From a candidate division WWE3 bacterium UBA1401 (lineage in GTDB: Bacteria; Patescibacteriota; WWE3; UBA101185; UBA10185), in the NCBI GenBank assembly GCA_002305115.1, contig DBQF01000001.1, positions 309,767 through 373,766 on the forward strand: a DNA stretch of 64,000 nucleotides. Reading direction: 5' to 3'. This document shows, in pieces, positions 9,265 through 19,078 of this stretch. The notes beneath the pieces were generated by a model. That model made no database searches, had not been told where the DNA came from, and saw only the letters and a program-made list of their open reading frames with translations. The first letter of the stretch is position 1; every line of letters starts with the position of its first letter. The position numbers and the translations under genes were made by a program.

Positions 9265-9531
9265 ATGGCCAGATCACTTAAAAAGGGACCATTTGTAGAT
9301 GAAAAGCTATTAAAGAAAGTACAAAAGGCTAAGGAAGCCGGTGGTAAAACAGTGATTAAAACCTGGTCCCGTAGGTCTACAGTGATCCCTGAAATGGTGG
9401 GTTTAACTATTGGAATTCATAACGGTAGAGACCATAAAGAAGTATTTATTACCGAAGCCATGGTCGGTCACAAATTAGGTGAATTTGCCCCTACTCGAAC
9501 ATTTAGAGGGCACGCAAAGAGTGGATTATAA
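9265..9531 (+). CDS. rpsS: 30S ribosomal protein S19
   Basis: [18 protein letters not shown].. starts at the ATG at 9265. The ORF-track entry 9040-9531 is an upstream extension overlapping rplB. Confidence 0.96.
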   Translation: MARSLKKGPFVDEKLLKKVQKAKEAGGKTVIKTWSRRSTVIPEMVGLTIGIHNGRDHKEVFITEAMVGHKLGEFAPTRTFRGHAKSGL

Positions 9532-9533
9532 CA

Positions 9534-9881
9534 ATGACTAAAGCTGTGGTATATGCAAAACATAATAATGCAAGAATAGCACCCAAGAAGATGGCTGTGG
9601 TTATGGATATTGTTAGAGGTAAGAGCACAGAAGAAGCTAAGAAAATTCTAGCCTTTGACGAAACCAAATCTGCAAGGATGCTGTTAAAGGTACTAAAATC
9701 TGCCGAGGCTAATGCAAAAAATAACCTGAACATTGATCCCTCTAGGTTAGTTGTTTCGGATCTTCAAGTCAATGGTGGCCCTATGTTTAAAAGAGGCAGA
9801 TTTGCAGGTAGGGGCTACTTCAACCCGATTCTAAAAAGAACAAGCCATATTGTTGTTGGTTTATCTGAAAGGCAAGATTAA
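9534..9881 (+). CDS. rplV: 50S ribosomal protein L22
   Basis: 115 aa. L22-like (..ARIAPKKMAVVMDIVRGK..) in the canonical position. Confidence 0.95.
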   Translation: MTKAVVYAKHNNARIAPKKMAVVMDIVRGKSTEEAKKILAFDETKSARMLLKVLKSAEANAKNNLNIDPSRLVVSDLQVNGGPMFKRGRFAGRGYFNPILKRTSHIVVGLSERQD

Positions 9882-9882
9882 C

Positions 9883-10515
9883 ATGGGTCAAAAAATACAT
9901 CCCTTAGGATTTAGAATTGGAATATCAAAAGACTGGCGATCGCGATGGTTTTCGGATAAACACACTTATGCCGATAACTTGTTTGAAGACTATACAATAA
10001 GGAAAGTTTTAGAGGAAAGACTTAGTACTGCCGGGTTACAACAGATTGAGATAGAAAGATCGGTAAATGAAGTGAACATTACACTAAAGGTCTCTAAACC
10101 CGGGTTGGTTATCGGTAGAGGCGGCTCTGGTATAGAAGAATTAGAAAAAGAACTAAGAAAAATTACCAGTGCCAAGCTTAAGATTACAGCGGTTGAGGTA
10201 AAGACTCCGGAAACTCAGGCACAGCTTGTTGCTGATTACATTTGTAGACAAATGAAAAGACGCGTTCCATACCGAAGAGTGGCAAAAAGTGCTATTCAAA
10301 GTGCTATGGATAAAGGTGCTAAGGGTATAAGAATTAAGCTGTCAGGCTTATTAAGCGGTGGTAATACTATTGGCAGAACTGAGAGTTTCTCAGAAGGTTC
10401 TATACCTACTCAGACACTGCGGGCAGACATAGATTATGCTCAAGTAGATTGCCAAATGCTTTTCGGTACTATTGGAGTAAAAGTGTGGGTTTATAAAGGC
10501 GAGATGGAGATTTAG
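9883..10515 (+). CDS. rpsC: 30S ribosomal protein S3
   Basis: [13 protein letters not shown].. starts at the ATG at 9883. KH-domain sequence [10 protein letters not shown]. Confidence 0.96.
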   Translation: MGQKIHPLGFRIGISKDWRSRWFSDKHTYADNLFEDYTIRKVLEERLSTAGLQQIEIERSVNEVNITLKVSKPGLVIGRGGSGIEELEKELRKITSAKLKITAVEVKTPETQAQLVADYICRQMKRRVPYRRVAKSAIQSAMDKGAKGIRIKLSGLLSGGNTIGRTESFSEGSIPTQTLRADIDYAQVDCQMLFGTIGVKVWVYKGEMEI

Positions 10516-10516
10516 T

Positions 10517-10927
10517 ATGTTATTACCAAAAAGAGTTAAGTTTCGAAAACACATGCGCGGAGTTAATAAAGGTTTAGCTACTCGTGGTAATTCTGTTGAC
10601 TTTGGTGATTATGGGCTAAAAGCTACTGACAGAGGTTTGCTTACATCCCGTCAGATTGAAGCCGCCAGAAAAGCCATCGCTCATAAAACTAAAAGAAGTG
10701 GTAAACTTTGGATTCGTGTGTTTCCTGATAAAGCTGTGTCAAAAAAACCTAATGAAACCAGAATGGGTAGTGGTAAAGCGCCCACCGATCACTATGCCGC
10801 AGTAATTAGGCCTGGAAAAGTAATTTTTGAGCTTGCTGGTGTTACGGAAGATGTAGCCAGATCTGCCCTACAACGCGCTGCTGACAAGCTTCCTGTTAAA
10901 ACGCAGTTTGTAAGCACCGAGGATTAA
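10517..10927 (+). CDS. rplP: 50S ribosomal protein L16
   Basis: [15 protein letters not shown].. L16 signature. Confidence 0.97.
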   Translation: MLLPKRVKFRKHMRGVNKGLATRGNSVDFGDYGLKATDRGLLTSRQIEAARKAIAHKTKRSGKLWIRVFPDKAVSKKPNETRMGSGKAPTDHYAAVIRPGKVIFELAGVTEDVARSALQRAADKLPVKTQFVSTED

Positions 10928-10929
10928 CC

Positions 10930-11139
10930 ATGATAGATTTAGCTAACTTAAGAACAAAGTCAATAAAGGAATTAGAAGAAGAGCTAACCAAGTTTAACAC
11001 TGAACTTGAAAACACAGTAAAGGTAGTGCAGGACGGTAAAGAGAAGAACGTGTCAAAAATTGGCTTTATGAAAAAAGATTATGCTAGAATAGCCACTATT
11101 TTGAAAGAGAAAGTTATAGAGGAAAACACAAATGACTAA
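10930..11139 (+). CDS. rpmC: 50S ribosomal protein L29
   Basis: 69 aa helical protein (..LRTKSIKELEEEL..) in the canonical position between rplP and rpsQ. Confidence 0.9.
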   Translation: MIDLANLRTKSIKELEEELTKFNTELENTVKVVQDGKEKNVSKIGFMKKDYARIATILKEKVIEENTND

Positions 11140-11386
11140 AAGAATATTCGAAGGCCAAGTAGTATCTACAAAAATGCAACAAACTATTGTTGTGGCTGTA
11201 GATATTCCTAAGAGACATAAAGTATATGGTAAGGTTATTCGTAATACTAAAAGGTTTAAAGCACACGATGAACTTGGTGTAAATTTAGGCGATATAGTTA
11301 GGATTGAAGAAAGTACTCCGTACAGTAAGGAAGTTTGCTGGAAGGTTACCGAAGTTATTGAGCCGGTTGAAGGGAGTAAGCAATGA
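11132..11386 (+). CDS. rpsQ: 30S ribosomal protein S17
   Basis: 84 aa. G.VVS.KM..TIVV and H.KY.K.. pattern in the canonical position. Confidence 0.95.
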   Translation: MTKRIFEGQVVSTKMQQTIVVAVDIPKRHKVYGKVIRNTKRFKAHDELGVNLGDIVRIEESTPYSKEVCWKVTEVIEPVEGSKQ

Positions 11387-11751
11387 TACCTGTAGGTGCC
11401 GTGATAACTCCAGCCGATAACGCTGGGGCAAAGAAGCTTAAACTAATTGGTATTCCCGGTGATAGCAAAAAGAGGTTTGCGTCAGTTGGTGATTTGGTAA
11501 CGGTAGTTGTTAGTGGTGCTGCTTCTACAGGAACTGTGAAAGACCATTCGGTAGTAAAAGCAGTTATTGTGCGAACCCGAAAAGAAAAAAGACGCAAAGA
11601 TGGCAGTTACATCAGATTTGATGACAATGCCGCGGTGATTGTAAACAAAGATAAAGATATGATTGGTACCAGAGTCTTTGGTCCGGTAGCCCGTGAACTA
11701 AGGGATGCTGGTTTTATGAAAATAGTTTCTTTAGCAAAAGAAGTTTGGTAA
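11383..11751 (+). CDS. rplN: 50S ribosomal protein L14
   Basis: 122 aa with an L14 sequence (..DNAGAKK...IRFDDNAAV..). Confidence 0.97.
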   Translation: MIPVGAVITPADNAGAKKLKLIGIPGDSKKRFASVGDLVTVVVSGAASTGTVKDHSVVKAVIVRTRKEKRRKDGSYIRFDDNAAVIVNKDKDMIGTRVFGPVARELRDAGFMKIVSLAKEVW

Positions 11752-11756
11752 GTATT

Positions 11757-12071
11757 ATGAAAATAAGAGCTAATGACAAAGTATTAGTAATAACAGGAAA
11801 AGACAAAGGCAAGATCGGAGCCGTGTTGAGAGTATTTCCTGAGGTTAACAGGGTTTTGGTTGAAGGTGTTAATAGAGTCAAGAGACATATTAAACCCGGT
11901 ACTGTAACAAAAGAAGGTGGTATTGTCAGCATAGAACGCCCTATTCATGTATCTAACGTTATGTTTTATGATGAAAAAGCGGGCAAGCCGGTAAAACTAG
12001 GTACTAAGATTGTTGATGGTAAGAAGTATAGAGTAAACGCAAAAACCGAGGAGGCTATAGATGGCAAATAG
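11757..12071 (+). CDS. rplX: 50S ribosomal protein L24
   Basis: MKIRANDKVLVITGKDKGK.. (KOW motif) from the ATG at 11757. The ORF-track start at 11745 overlaps the rplN stop. Confidence 0.93.
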   Translation: MKIRANDKVLVITGKDKGKIGAVLRVFPEVNRVLVEGVNRVKRHIKPGTVTKEGGIVSIERPIHVSNVMFYDEKAGKPVKLGTKIVDGKKYRVNAKTEEAIDGK

Positions 12072-12606
12072 ACTTTACGAAAAATACAAAAAAGAAGTTG
12101 TACCTGCAATGATGAAGCAGTTTGATCTGGAGAATGTACATGAAGTCCCCCAGTTAACGAAAATTATCATCAACGCCGGAGTAGGAAGTTTTAGAGATAA
12201 CAAAGAGGCTTTAGATTCATTTATTCAAGAAGTTGCCGACTTTTCGGGCCAGCTTCCCCATACTACTAAAGCCAGATTATCAGAGTCGGGGTTTAAGATT
12301 AGAAAAGGTGATGTTGTTGGGGTTGCAGTAACCTTAAGACATGATAGAATGTGGGCATTTCTTGACAAGTTTATTAATATAGCCTTGCCAAGAGTACGAG
12401 ACTTTAGAGGGTTAAGTGTTGATTCTTTTGATGAAGAGGGTAACTATTCGGTGGGGATTAGGGAACATATCATTTTCCCAGAGGTCAATCCAAATAAAAC
12501 TAAGGGTGTAAGAAGTCTTCAGATCACATTAGTAACTAGTACAGACGATAAGGAAAGGGCTAAGGCATTATTGGCACACTTAGGGATGCCTTTCAGCGAG
12601 GACTAA
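12061..12606 (+). CDS. rplE: 50S ribosomal protein L5
   Basis: 181 aa with an L5 sequence (..[10 protein letters not shown]...GNYSVGI.EH.IFPE). Confidence 0.96.
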   Translation: MANRLYEKYKKEVVPAMMKQFDLENVHEVPQLTKIIINAGVGSFRDNKEALDSFIQEVADFSGQLPHTTKARLSESGFKIRKGDVVGVAVTLRHDRMWAFLDKFINIALPRVRDFRGLSVDSFDEEGNYSVGIREHIIFPEVNPNKTKGVRSLQITLVTSTDDKERAKALLAHLGMPFSED

Positions 12607-12607
12607 T

Positions 12608-12793
12608 ATGGCTAAAAAAGCACTAATAGAAAAACATAAAAAAACTAGGAAATTTACTGTAAGAGATTACAACAGATGCCGTATTTGTGGCAACCCTAGG
12701 GGGTATATGCGCAGATTTGAAATTTGCAGGAAGTGTTTTAGGGAACTTGCTCACAAAGGTGAACTTCCCGGTGTAAGAAAGGCCAGCTGGTAA
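12608..12793 (+). CDS. rpsN: 30S ribosomal protein S14, short zinc-ribbon type (61 aa)
   Basis: CRICGNPRG...CRKCFRE gives a CxxC..CxxC zinc ribbon. The 61-aa length is typical of type-Z S14. Confidence 0.95.
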   Translation: MAKKALIEKHKKTRKFTVRDYNRCRICGNPRGYMRRFEICRKCFRELAHKGELPGVRKASW

Positions 12794-12795
12794 CT

Positions 12796-13188
12796 ATGGA
12801 TTTAATTGCTAACATGCTAAGTACTATAAAAAATGCAGCCATGGTTGGTAAACCTTTTGTGGAGATACCTTATTCTAAGGAAAGTGAAGCAGTTGCCAAA
12901 ATCTTGAAAGACTCCGGCTTTCTAGCAGAAGTAAAGTCTTTTAAAGAAAAAGACAAGGCCTACAAAATGCTTCACTTAGCAATTGCTTATGCAGATGAGC
13001 TACCTGTGGCTTCTCAGCTTAGAAGAGTTTCCAAGCCTGGTAGACGTATTTACAGAAGGAGCTCAGATTTACAGACTGTAAGGGGTGGTAGAGGTGTAAC
13101 AGTTGTATCTACTTCCCAGGGTATTATGTCTGCTGTTGAAGCAAAGAAAAGAAAATTAGGCGGAGAAGTTATTTGTAAAGTTTATTAA
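12796..13188 (+). CDS. rpsH: 30S ribosomal protein S8
   Basis: 130 aa with an S8 sequence (D.IANMLS.IKNA...) in the canonical position. Confidence 0.96.
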   Translation: MDLIANMLSTIKNAAMVGKPFVEIPYSKESEAVAKILKDSGFLAEVKSFKEKDKAYKMLHLAIAYADELPVASQLRRVSKPGRRIYRRSSDLQTVRGGRGVTVVSTSQGIMSAVEAKKRKLGGEVICKVY

Positions 13189-13192
13189 AAGT

Positions 13193-13735
13193 ATGTCTAG
13201 AATAGGTAAGAAACCAATTACAATTCCAGAAGGCGTGACTGTAGAGGTCAAGGACAGTACAGTTACAGTGAAAGGTCCTAAAGGGGAACTTTCTAGGACC
13301 TTAAGGCCCGAAATTAAAGCCGTTGTAGAAGATGGTGAATTGGTTCTTTCTTTAAAAAGAGAAACAAACGAAACAAGTGCGCTTTGGGGGACTGCCAGGG
13401 CTATTATTGCTAACATGGTTCAGGGTGTAACCGAAGGTTATCAAAAAAGGTTACAGATAGTTGGCGTTGGTTATAGAGCAAAAGGTGACGGTAACGGTGC
13501 TACTATTTCTATTGGTTACTCTCATCCGGTAGAGTTTGTTGCTCCCGAGGGTATAAAAGTTGAAGTTGAAGATAATACTAACTTAATAGTTAGTGGTATA
13601 GACAAGCAGTTGGTTGGGTTAACTGCCGCAAAATTACGTGCTATTAGGGGTCCTGAGCCTTACAAAGGCAAAGGTATTAAGTATGTAGATGAAGTAATTA
13701 GAAGAAAAGCTGGTAAGTCTGGGAAGGTTGCATAA
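13193..13735 (+). CDS. rplF: 50S ribosomal protein L6
   Basis: [14 protein letters not shown].. L6 signature, 180 aa. Confidence 0.96.
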   Translation: MSRIGKKPITIPEGVTVEVKDSTVTVKGPKGELSRTLRPEIKAVVEDGELVLSLKRETNETSALWGTARAIIANMVQGVTEGYQKRLQIVGVGYRAKGDGNGATISIGYSHPVEFVAPEGIKVEVEDNTNLIVSGIDKQLVGLTAAKLRAIRGPEPYKGKGIKYVDEVIRRKAGKSGKVA

Positions 13736-13736
13736 T

Positions 13737-14096
13737 ATGTATAAAGTTATTTTAAGAAAAACTAATAAACTAAAAAGAAGGCTAAGAGTTCGCAAGCGTG
13801 TTTCTGGTACAGCGGATAGACCAAGATTAGCTGTATTTAGATCTAATAAGTATATCTATGGTCAGTTAATAAATGATGTTAAAGGTGAAACATTAGTATC
13901 GATAGGCGATAGAGTAAAAGATACCCATAAGGGTGTAACGAAAACCGAAGCCGCGTTTACTCTAGGTAGAGAACTTGCGGCACGAGCTTTGGATAAAAAA
14001 ATAGATACTGTTGTGTTTGATAGAGGTCCTTATAAATACCACGGTAGAGTAAAAAGTTTTGCCGAAGGCGCAAGAGAAGGGGGCTTAAAGTTCTAA
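13737..14096 (+). CDS. rplR: 50S ribosomal protein L18
   Basis: [30 protein letters not shown].. L18 signature. The ATG at 13737 follows the rplF stop. Confidence 0.94.
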   Translation: MYKVILRKTNKLKRRLRVRKRVSGTADRPRLAVFRSNKYIYGQLINDVKGETLVSIGDRVKDTHKGVTKTEAAFTLGRELAARALDKKIDTVVFDRGPYKYHGRVKSFAEGAREGGLKF

Positions 14097-14097
14097 C

Positions 14098-14547
14098 ATG
14101 GCTGAAGGTTTTGTAGCCTCAAAAGAATTTCAAGAGAAAGTTATTGAAATTAAAAGAGTTTCCAAGAAAACCAAAGGTGGTAATAGTATTGGTTTTACTG
14201 CGCTGGTAGTAACAGGTAATAAAGCTGGTAAGGTGGGTAGTGGTCTAGGTAAAGCTCTTGACGTAGCAGAGGCGGTTAGAAAAGCAACCGAGAAGGCAAA
14301 AGATAACCTAATAGATGTGGTTATTGCTAATGACACCATTCCACATGAGGTTACTGCAAAATATAAGTCAGCTGTAGTGTTAATGAAGCCAGCTCCTAAA
14401 GGTTCTGGTATTATTGCAGGCGGCGCCGTTAGAAATGTTGTCGAACTCGCAGGTATTAAAGACATTTCCTCTAAAATGCTTGGTTCAAGCAACAAGGTAG
14501 CCAATGTCAGATGTGCATTAGAAGCACTATCTAAGCTAAAGGAATAA
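14098..14547 (+). CDS. rpsE: 30S ribosomal protein S5
   Basis: 149 aa with an S5 sequence (..RVSKKTKGG....F.ALVV.GN..G.VG.G.GKA). Confidence 0.96.
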   Translation: MAEGFVASKEFQEKVIEIKRVSKKTKGGNSIGFTALVVTGNKAGKVGSGLGKALDVAEAVRKATEKAKDNLIDVVIANDTIPHEVTAKYKSAVVLMKPAPKGSGIIAGGAVRNVVELAGIKDISSKMLGSSNKVANVRCALEALSKLKE

Positions 14548-14548
14548 C

Positions 14549-14992
14549 ATGCAATTAGATAAACTAACAAAAATAAAAGGGCTTAAAACTAAAAGTAAAA
14601 GGTTAGGTCGTGGTAGAGGTAGTGGTAAGGGTGCGCATACTGTGGGCAAGGGTGCCAAGGGTCAGAAAGCCCGCAGCCGTGTTCCCGCAGGGTTTGAGGG
14701 TGGTCAAACCCCTCTGTATAAGAGATTACCTGAATACGGTGGTTTTACTAATCCGGCTAAGAAGCGTATTGTAATTGTGCCCTTATACAAACTGAATGTT
14801 TTTGCTGATGGCGCAGAGGTTACTCCAACTGCTTTGGTTGAGGCAGGCATCATCAAAACTGTACCTGCAGATGGTGTTAAGATCCTTGGGAATGGTAAGA
14901 TAGAAAAGAAGCTAATCCTGAAAGGGCTTACGTTTTCTAACTCCGCTAAAGATAAGCTTGAACAGGCTGGCGGCACAATTGTAAATGCTTAA
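14549..14992 (+). CDS. rplO: 50S ribosomal protein L15
   Basis: LGRGRGSGKGAHTVGKGAKGQKARS.. L15 signature. It starts 2 nt after the rpsE stop, leaving no room for rpmD. Confidence 0.95.
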   Translation: MQLDKLTKIKGLKTKSKRLGRGRGSGKGAHTVGKGAKGQKARSRVPAGFEGGQTPLYKRLPEYGGFTNPAKKRIVIVPLYKLNVFADGAEVTPTALVEAGIIKTVPADGVKILGNGKIEKKLILKGLTFSNSAKDKLEQAGGTIVNA

Positions 14993-16247
14993 ACTATTTA
15001 AAATACCTGAACTAAGAAGAAAGATTGGCTTTTCTCTTGGAGTTATTGTTTTATTCAGGTTTTTGGCTCATATACCCGTCCCGGGCATAGATGTTTCCGC
15101 TATTAAATCTTATTTAGAAAGTAATGCTTTACTTAGTATTTTTAATCTGTTTAGCGGCGGCGCTTTCGAAAACTTCTCTATAGCCACTCTGGGTGTTGGT
15201 CCTTACATTAACGCGTCTATTATTGTTCAGCTCTTTACTGTGATGATTCCTTCCTGGGAGGAATTGTCTAAAGAAGGAGAATACGGTAGAGATAAGCTCA
15301 ATTTATATACCAAACTGTTTACTATTCCTATTGCCTTTTTGCAGGCATATGGCATTTACTATTTACTTAGTCAGCAGGGTGTTATAACTTCCCTTAACAT
15401 GTTCAATCTACTGGTACTGATTTTAACTTTGGTGGGCGGTACTATGCTTTTGATGTGGATTGGTGACTTAGTTACGGAATATGGGTTAGGTAATGGTATT
15501 TCTATTATCATTTTTGTAGGTATTGTAAGCAGGCTTGTTCCTTCGATCTTTCAGATTATAAGTGCTGCCCAATTTGGCGCATTATCTTTGTTGAGTGTAT
15601 TACCCTTTTTGGCCTTAACTTTGTTGGTTGTAGTAGGTGTAGTGTTGGTTAACGAGGGTACTAGAAATATCTTAATCGAATATGGTAGAAGAAGTACCCG
15701 TTCGCAAACTGTTACCAACTACTTGCCTATTAAGATCAACCAGGCTGGTGTTATCCCTATAATTTTTGCTGTGGCCGTTATTTCTATACCGTCTTTGTTA
15801 AGCGGTCCCCTGATTGCATCGAGTAATGCATTTTTGCAAGGGCTTGGTAATTTTTTGGCCACCTATTTTTTGCCTAACTCGTTACCTTATAACATTTTAT
15901 ATTTTGTATTAGTTTTTGGGTTTACTTTTTTCTATTCTTCTGTGCAGTTTGACCCTGTAAAAGTAGCTGATGATATTAAAAAGCGCGGCGGCTTTATCCC
16001 CGGTATAAGGCCTGGGAACAGTACCGCCAGCTATCTAAAAACTATTCTTGTTAGAATTACTTTTATTGGGGCTTTATTTTTAGGGTTAGTCGCTGTCCTT
16101 CCGTTTATATTACAATCCCTGTTCCCATTAGGAGGTCTGGTTATTGGTGGTACTAGCCTGTTAATCGCGGTGTCGGTTATTTTGGAAACTGTCAGGCAGG
16201 CGCAATCACTTATGGCGGTTCGCGATTACCAAAGTTATTTACGGTAG
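14985..16247 (+). CDS. secY: Preprotein translocase subunit SecY
   Basis: 420 aa and about 10 TM segments. SecY-like sequence (..GI.P.I.ASII.QL......) in the canonical position after rplO. Confidence 0.96.
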   Translation: MLKLFKIPELRRKIGFSLGVIVLFRFLAHIPVPGIDVSAIKSYLESNALLSIFNLFSGGAFENFSIATLGVGPYINASIIVQLFTVMIPSWEELSKEGEYGRDKLNLYTKLFTIPIAFLQAYGIYYLLSQQGVITSLNMFNLLVLILTLVGGTMLLMWIGDLVTEYGLGNGISIIIFVGIVSRLVPSIFQIISAAQFGALSLLSVLPFLALTLLVVVGVVLVNEGTRNILIEYGRRSTRSQTVTNYLPIKINQAGVIPIIFAVAVISIPSLLSGPLIASSNAFLQGLGNFLATYFLPNSLPYNILYFVLVFGFTFFYSSVQFDPVKVADDIKKRGGFIPGIRPGNSTASYLKTILVRITFIGALFLGLVAVLPFILQSLFPLGGLVIGGTSLLIAVSVILETVRQAQSLMAVRDYQSYLR

Positions 16248-16265
16248 TGTATAATTCCTTACGCA

Positions 16266-16538
16266 ATGTTGGATAAACTAAAAGCACTAAATGATTTTAG
16301 GAAAGCCCAGTCCGGAATAAAAAAACAGATGGAAGCTATCACTGTTTCTAAGGAAAAAGGTGATACGCTTGTTGTAGTTCGTGGCGATAAAAAAATTGAG
16401 AAACTGGTAATCAATGGTGAAGAAAAAAAAGATCTTCGTGATCTTCTAAATGATACTATGAAAGAGGTTGACAAAAAAGTTGAGAAACAACTTCGGGGTC
16501 AAATCTCAGACTTAGGAATAAATATTCCTGGATTATGA
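16266..16538 (+). CDS. YbaB/EbfC-family nucleoid-associated DNA-binding protein (90 aa)
   Basis: Its length, K/Q-rich N-terminal helix, central ..VVVRGDKKIEKLVING.. strand region, DLLNDTMKEV helix and C-terminal G..IPGL resemble YbaB/EbfC. TGTATAAT lies at 16248-16255, just upstream. Confidence 0.7.
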   Translation: MLDKLKALNDFRKAQSGIKKQMEAITVSKEKGDTLVVVRGDKKIEKLVINGEEKKDLRDLLNDTMKEVDKKVEKQLRGQISDLGINIPGL

Positions 16539-17152
16539 AAATACTTTTAATGGGCCCCCAAGGCTGTGGAAAGGGCACAATAGGCAAAATGCTGAGTGAA
16601 AAACTTGGTTTGCCTCTGATTGAGGTGGGTGGCTTGCTTAGAGCTGCTTCAGAAAATAACCCCAATTATAAAAATTTAGCTGAGTACTTAAATAAAGGTA
16701 AATTAGCACCATACGGCCTAACCGCGGATATTATAATTGAGAAAATAGCTAGCTTAGATTCAGCTGGTTACATTCTGGATGGTTGGTGTAGGGCTATGGA
16801 TGAACTTCCATACTTTGATCCAAAGCCAGATATTGTTATTGTGTTGAATATTTCCCGTGAAACCTCCATAAAAAGAATAACTGGTAGACGCATCTGCGAT
16901 TCCGATGGCAAAACATATAACATTTATACTCTTCCAAAAGACGAATTGGAGAAGTGTGCGGGAAATCTAGTACAAAGAGCTGATGATACAGAGGAAGCTG
17001 TTAATCAAAGGCTTGCTATTTATTATAACGAGACCACACAGGTGATTGAGTACTACAAAAAGCAAGGGAAGGTCTTGGAAGTTAGTGCCGAACCTTTACC
17101 TGACGAAATACTGGAAAATATTCTATCCTCAGGTAAAATACGTCCTCGATGA
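16535..17152 (+). CDS. adk: Adenylate kinase
   Basis: P-loop GPQGCGKGT. LID segment with C-x2-D...C. Canonical position after secY. Confidence 0.93.
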   Translation: MKILLMGPQGCGKGTIGKMLSEKLGLPLIEVGGLLRAASENNPNYKNLAEYLNKGKLAPYGLTADIIIEKIASLDSAGYILDGWCRAMDELPYFDPKPDIVIVLNISRETSIKRITGRRICDSDGKTYNIYTLPKDELEKCAGNLVQRADDTEEAVNQRLAIYYNETTQVIEYYKKQGKVLEVSAEPLPDEILENILSSGKIRPR

Positions 17153-17889
17153 TAGAAATTAAGTCTCCTCAAGATATTAAGATCATGCGCAAGGCTGGGA
17201 AAATTGCTGCAAAGGCAATGGCTGAGATTGTTGGAAACATTAAGCCGGGTATTACTACACTTGAACTGGATGCTATTGCGGATAAAGTGATAGTGGAAAA
17301 CGGCGCTTTTCCTGCTTTTAAAAAAGTAAAAGACTATTATCACGCCACATGTATAAATATAAATGCGGGCATTGTACACGGGTTACCCAGTGATTATGAG
17401 CTGCAAAGCGGTGATGTTGTAAGTATAGATTTGGGGGCATATATTGATGGGTTTTATTCCGATATGTCTACTTCGGTAGAGGTTGAAACTTCAAAAGAGC
17501 AAACTTTTCTTGAAACCGGTAAGAGAGCTTTAGCCAAGGCTATTAGTAAATGTATAGCCGGCACCCACTTGGGAGATGTTTCCCATGCTATCCAGAGTGT
17601 AATAGAGGCTCAAGGTTATAGTGTATCTACAGAGCTTGTAGGACACGGTATTGGCAGGGAACTGCACGAGAAACCTCAGGTTTTTTGTTATGGTAGAGAG
17701 GGTACCGGACCAGTGTTAAGGGAGGGTATGGTATTAGCAGTAGAGGTTTTATATCAGAAAGGTAAACCCGAATTAACGCTTGCCGATGATCTCTGGACAT
17801 TAATAACGCTTGATAACAGCCTTTCCGGCTTGTTTGAGCACACAGTGGCTATTACTAAGCATGGCCCCGAGACTTTGACTGTTTTATAG
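17149..17889 (+). CDS. map: Methionine aminopeptidase, type I
   Basis: 246 aa with MetAP metal-ligand context (..DVVSIDLGAYIDGFYSD.., GHGIGRELHE, ..LAVE..). Confidence 0.95.
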   Translation: MIEIKSPQDIKIMRKAGKIAAKAMAEIVGNIKPGITTLELDAIADKVIVENGAFPAFKKVKDYYHATCININAGIVHGLPSDYELQSGDVVSIDLGAYIDGFYSDMSTSVEVETSKEQTFLETGKRALAKAISKCIAGTHLGDVSHAIQSVIEAQGYSVSTELVGHGIGRELHEKPQVFCYGREGTGPVLREGMVLAVEVLYQKGKPELTLADDLWTLITLDNSLSGLFEHTVAITKHGPETLTVL

Positions 17890-17926
17890 TTGTTGTTATA
17901 ATATCTTTTGATGTCTTATATGGTTA

Positions 17927-17955
17927 TTGACCGATGTTATCATATTTGTTAGAAT
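17927..17955 (+). promoter_or_regulatory. Sigma70-like promoter TTGACC-17 nt-TAGAAT upstream of infA
   Basis: Hexamers and the 17-nt spacer counted by hand. It lies in the 78-nt map-infA spacer. Confidence 0.55.
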
Positions 17956-17967
17956 CAACCCCGTCTA

Positions 17968-18186
17968 ATGACTGATAACGAAACGATAGTTAAAAATGCA
18001 ACAATTAAAGAGGCTCATATGGGAGCTACCTTTAAGGTTATGCTAGAAGATGGTGAAGAAGCCCTTGCCACCATATCTGGTAAGATGCGAAAATTCAGAA
18101 TACGTATTCTGCCGGGTGATAAGGTCAAAGTAGAGTTTTCGCCTTATGATTTGAAACGAGGCAGGATTGTTTACAGGTATAAATAA
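17968..18186 (+). CDS. infA: Translation initiation factor IF-1
   Basis: 72 aa S1-like fold (..[36 protein letters not shown]). Confidence 0.96.
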   Translation: MTDNETIVKNATIKEAHMGATFKVMLEDGEEALATISGKMRKFRIRILPGDKVKVEFSPYDLKRGRIVYRYK

Positions 18187-18189
18187 AGT

Positions 18190-18306
18190 ATGAAAGTAAG
18201 ATCGTCAGTAAAACCTATATGCAGAGATTGCAAAATTGTTAAAAGAAGGGGTGTTGTATGGGTTGTATGCAAAAGAAACCCTAAACACAAACAAAGACAA
18301 GGATAA
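18190..18306 (+). CDS. rpmJ: 50S ribosomal protein L36 (38 aa; absent from the ORF track because of its size)
   Basis: Hand translation gives [38 protein letters not shown], with the C-x2-C..C-x4-H zinc motif. It lies between infA and rpsM. Confidence 0.93.
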   Translation: MKVRSSVKPICRDCKIVKRRGVVWVVCKRNPKHKQRQG

Positions 18307-18309
18307 ATT

Positions 18310-18696
18310 ATGGCTAGAGTAGCAGGTGTAGAAATACCAGATCAAAAAAGAGTGGAAGCGTCCCTAACATATATAAAAGGGATAGGTTCTACATTGTCAA
18401 AAAAGGTTCTGACGGCTATTGGCATTAGTCCTGATACTAGAGTTAAAGACTTATCGGAATCTCAAATTAGCGAACTTAATAGTGCTATAGCAAGTTTAGG
18501 TACTCCTATCGAAGGTGAGCTTAGAAGAATGGTCTCTCAGAATATTAGGAGGCTTCAGGAAATTAAAAGCTATAGGGGATCACGGCACGCAGCAGGTTTG
18601 CCCGCCAGAGGCCAATCAACTAAGCGCAATTCCAGAACGCGAAAAGGTAAAAGAAAGACAGTGGGTGGTATCAAGAAAAAGTTGGAGAAGAAATAA
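18310..18696 (+). CDS. rpsM: 30S ribosomal protein S13
   Basis: MARVAGVEIP..KRV..SLTYI.GIG S13 signature. Confidence 0.96.
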   Translation: MARVAGVEIPDQKRVEASLTYIKGIGSTLSKKVLTAIGISPDTRVKDLSESQISELNSAIASLGTPIEGELRRMVSQNIRRLQEIKSYRGSRHAAGLPARGQSTKRNSRTRKGKRKTVGGIKKKLEKK

Positions 18697-19076
18697 TGGC
18701 TAGAACAAAAAAGAGTAAAACAAAAGAAACACCAAAAACCGGAAGAGTTTACATCTCAGCCGGGTTTAATAACACAATTATTACTATCACAGATGCTGAG
18801 GGTAATGCTTTATATTCTGGTAGTGCCGGTGGTGCCGGTTTTAAGGGTTCCAGAAAGGCTACGCCTTATGCAGCAACCAAAGCTGCTGAGCACTTGGCTA
18901 AGACTGCCGCCAGTGCTGGTATGCAAGACGTTTCCGTATTTGTAAAAGGTCCTGGGCTTGGCAGAATTGCCTCCATCAAAGCTCTAAAAAGTTCGGGATT
19001 AAAAGTTGTATCAATTTCAGACCTTACGCCCATTCCCCACAACGGGTGCCGCGCTAAGAAAAAGAGGAGGGTATAA
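18696..19076 (+). CDS. rpsK: 30S ribosomal protein S11
   Basis: 126 aa with an S11 sequence (..FNNTIITITD..GN......GG.GFKGSRK.TPYAA). Confidence 0.96.
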   Translation: MARTKKSKTKETPKTGRVYISAGFNNTIITITDAEGNALYSGSAGGAGFKGSRKATPYAATKAAEHLAKTAASAGMQDVSVFVKGPGLGRIASIKALKSSGLKVVSISDLTPIPHNGCRAKKKRRV

Positions 19077-19078
19077 CA

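Noticed and set aside
9040-9531. 163-aa ORF spanning the rplB 3' end and rpsS.
   Set aside because: Only the last 88 codons (from the ATG at 9265, [10 protein letters not shown]..) are S19. The upstream part is an out-of-frame read through rplB.
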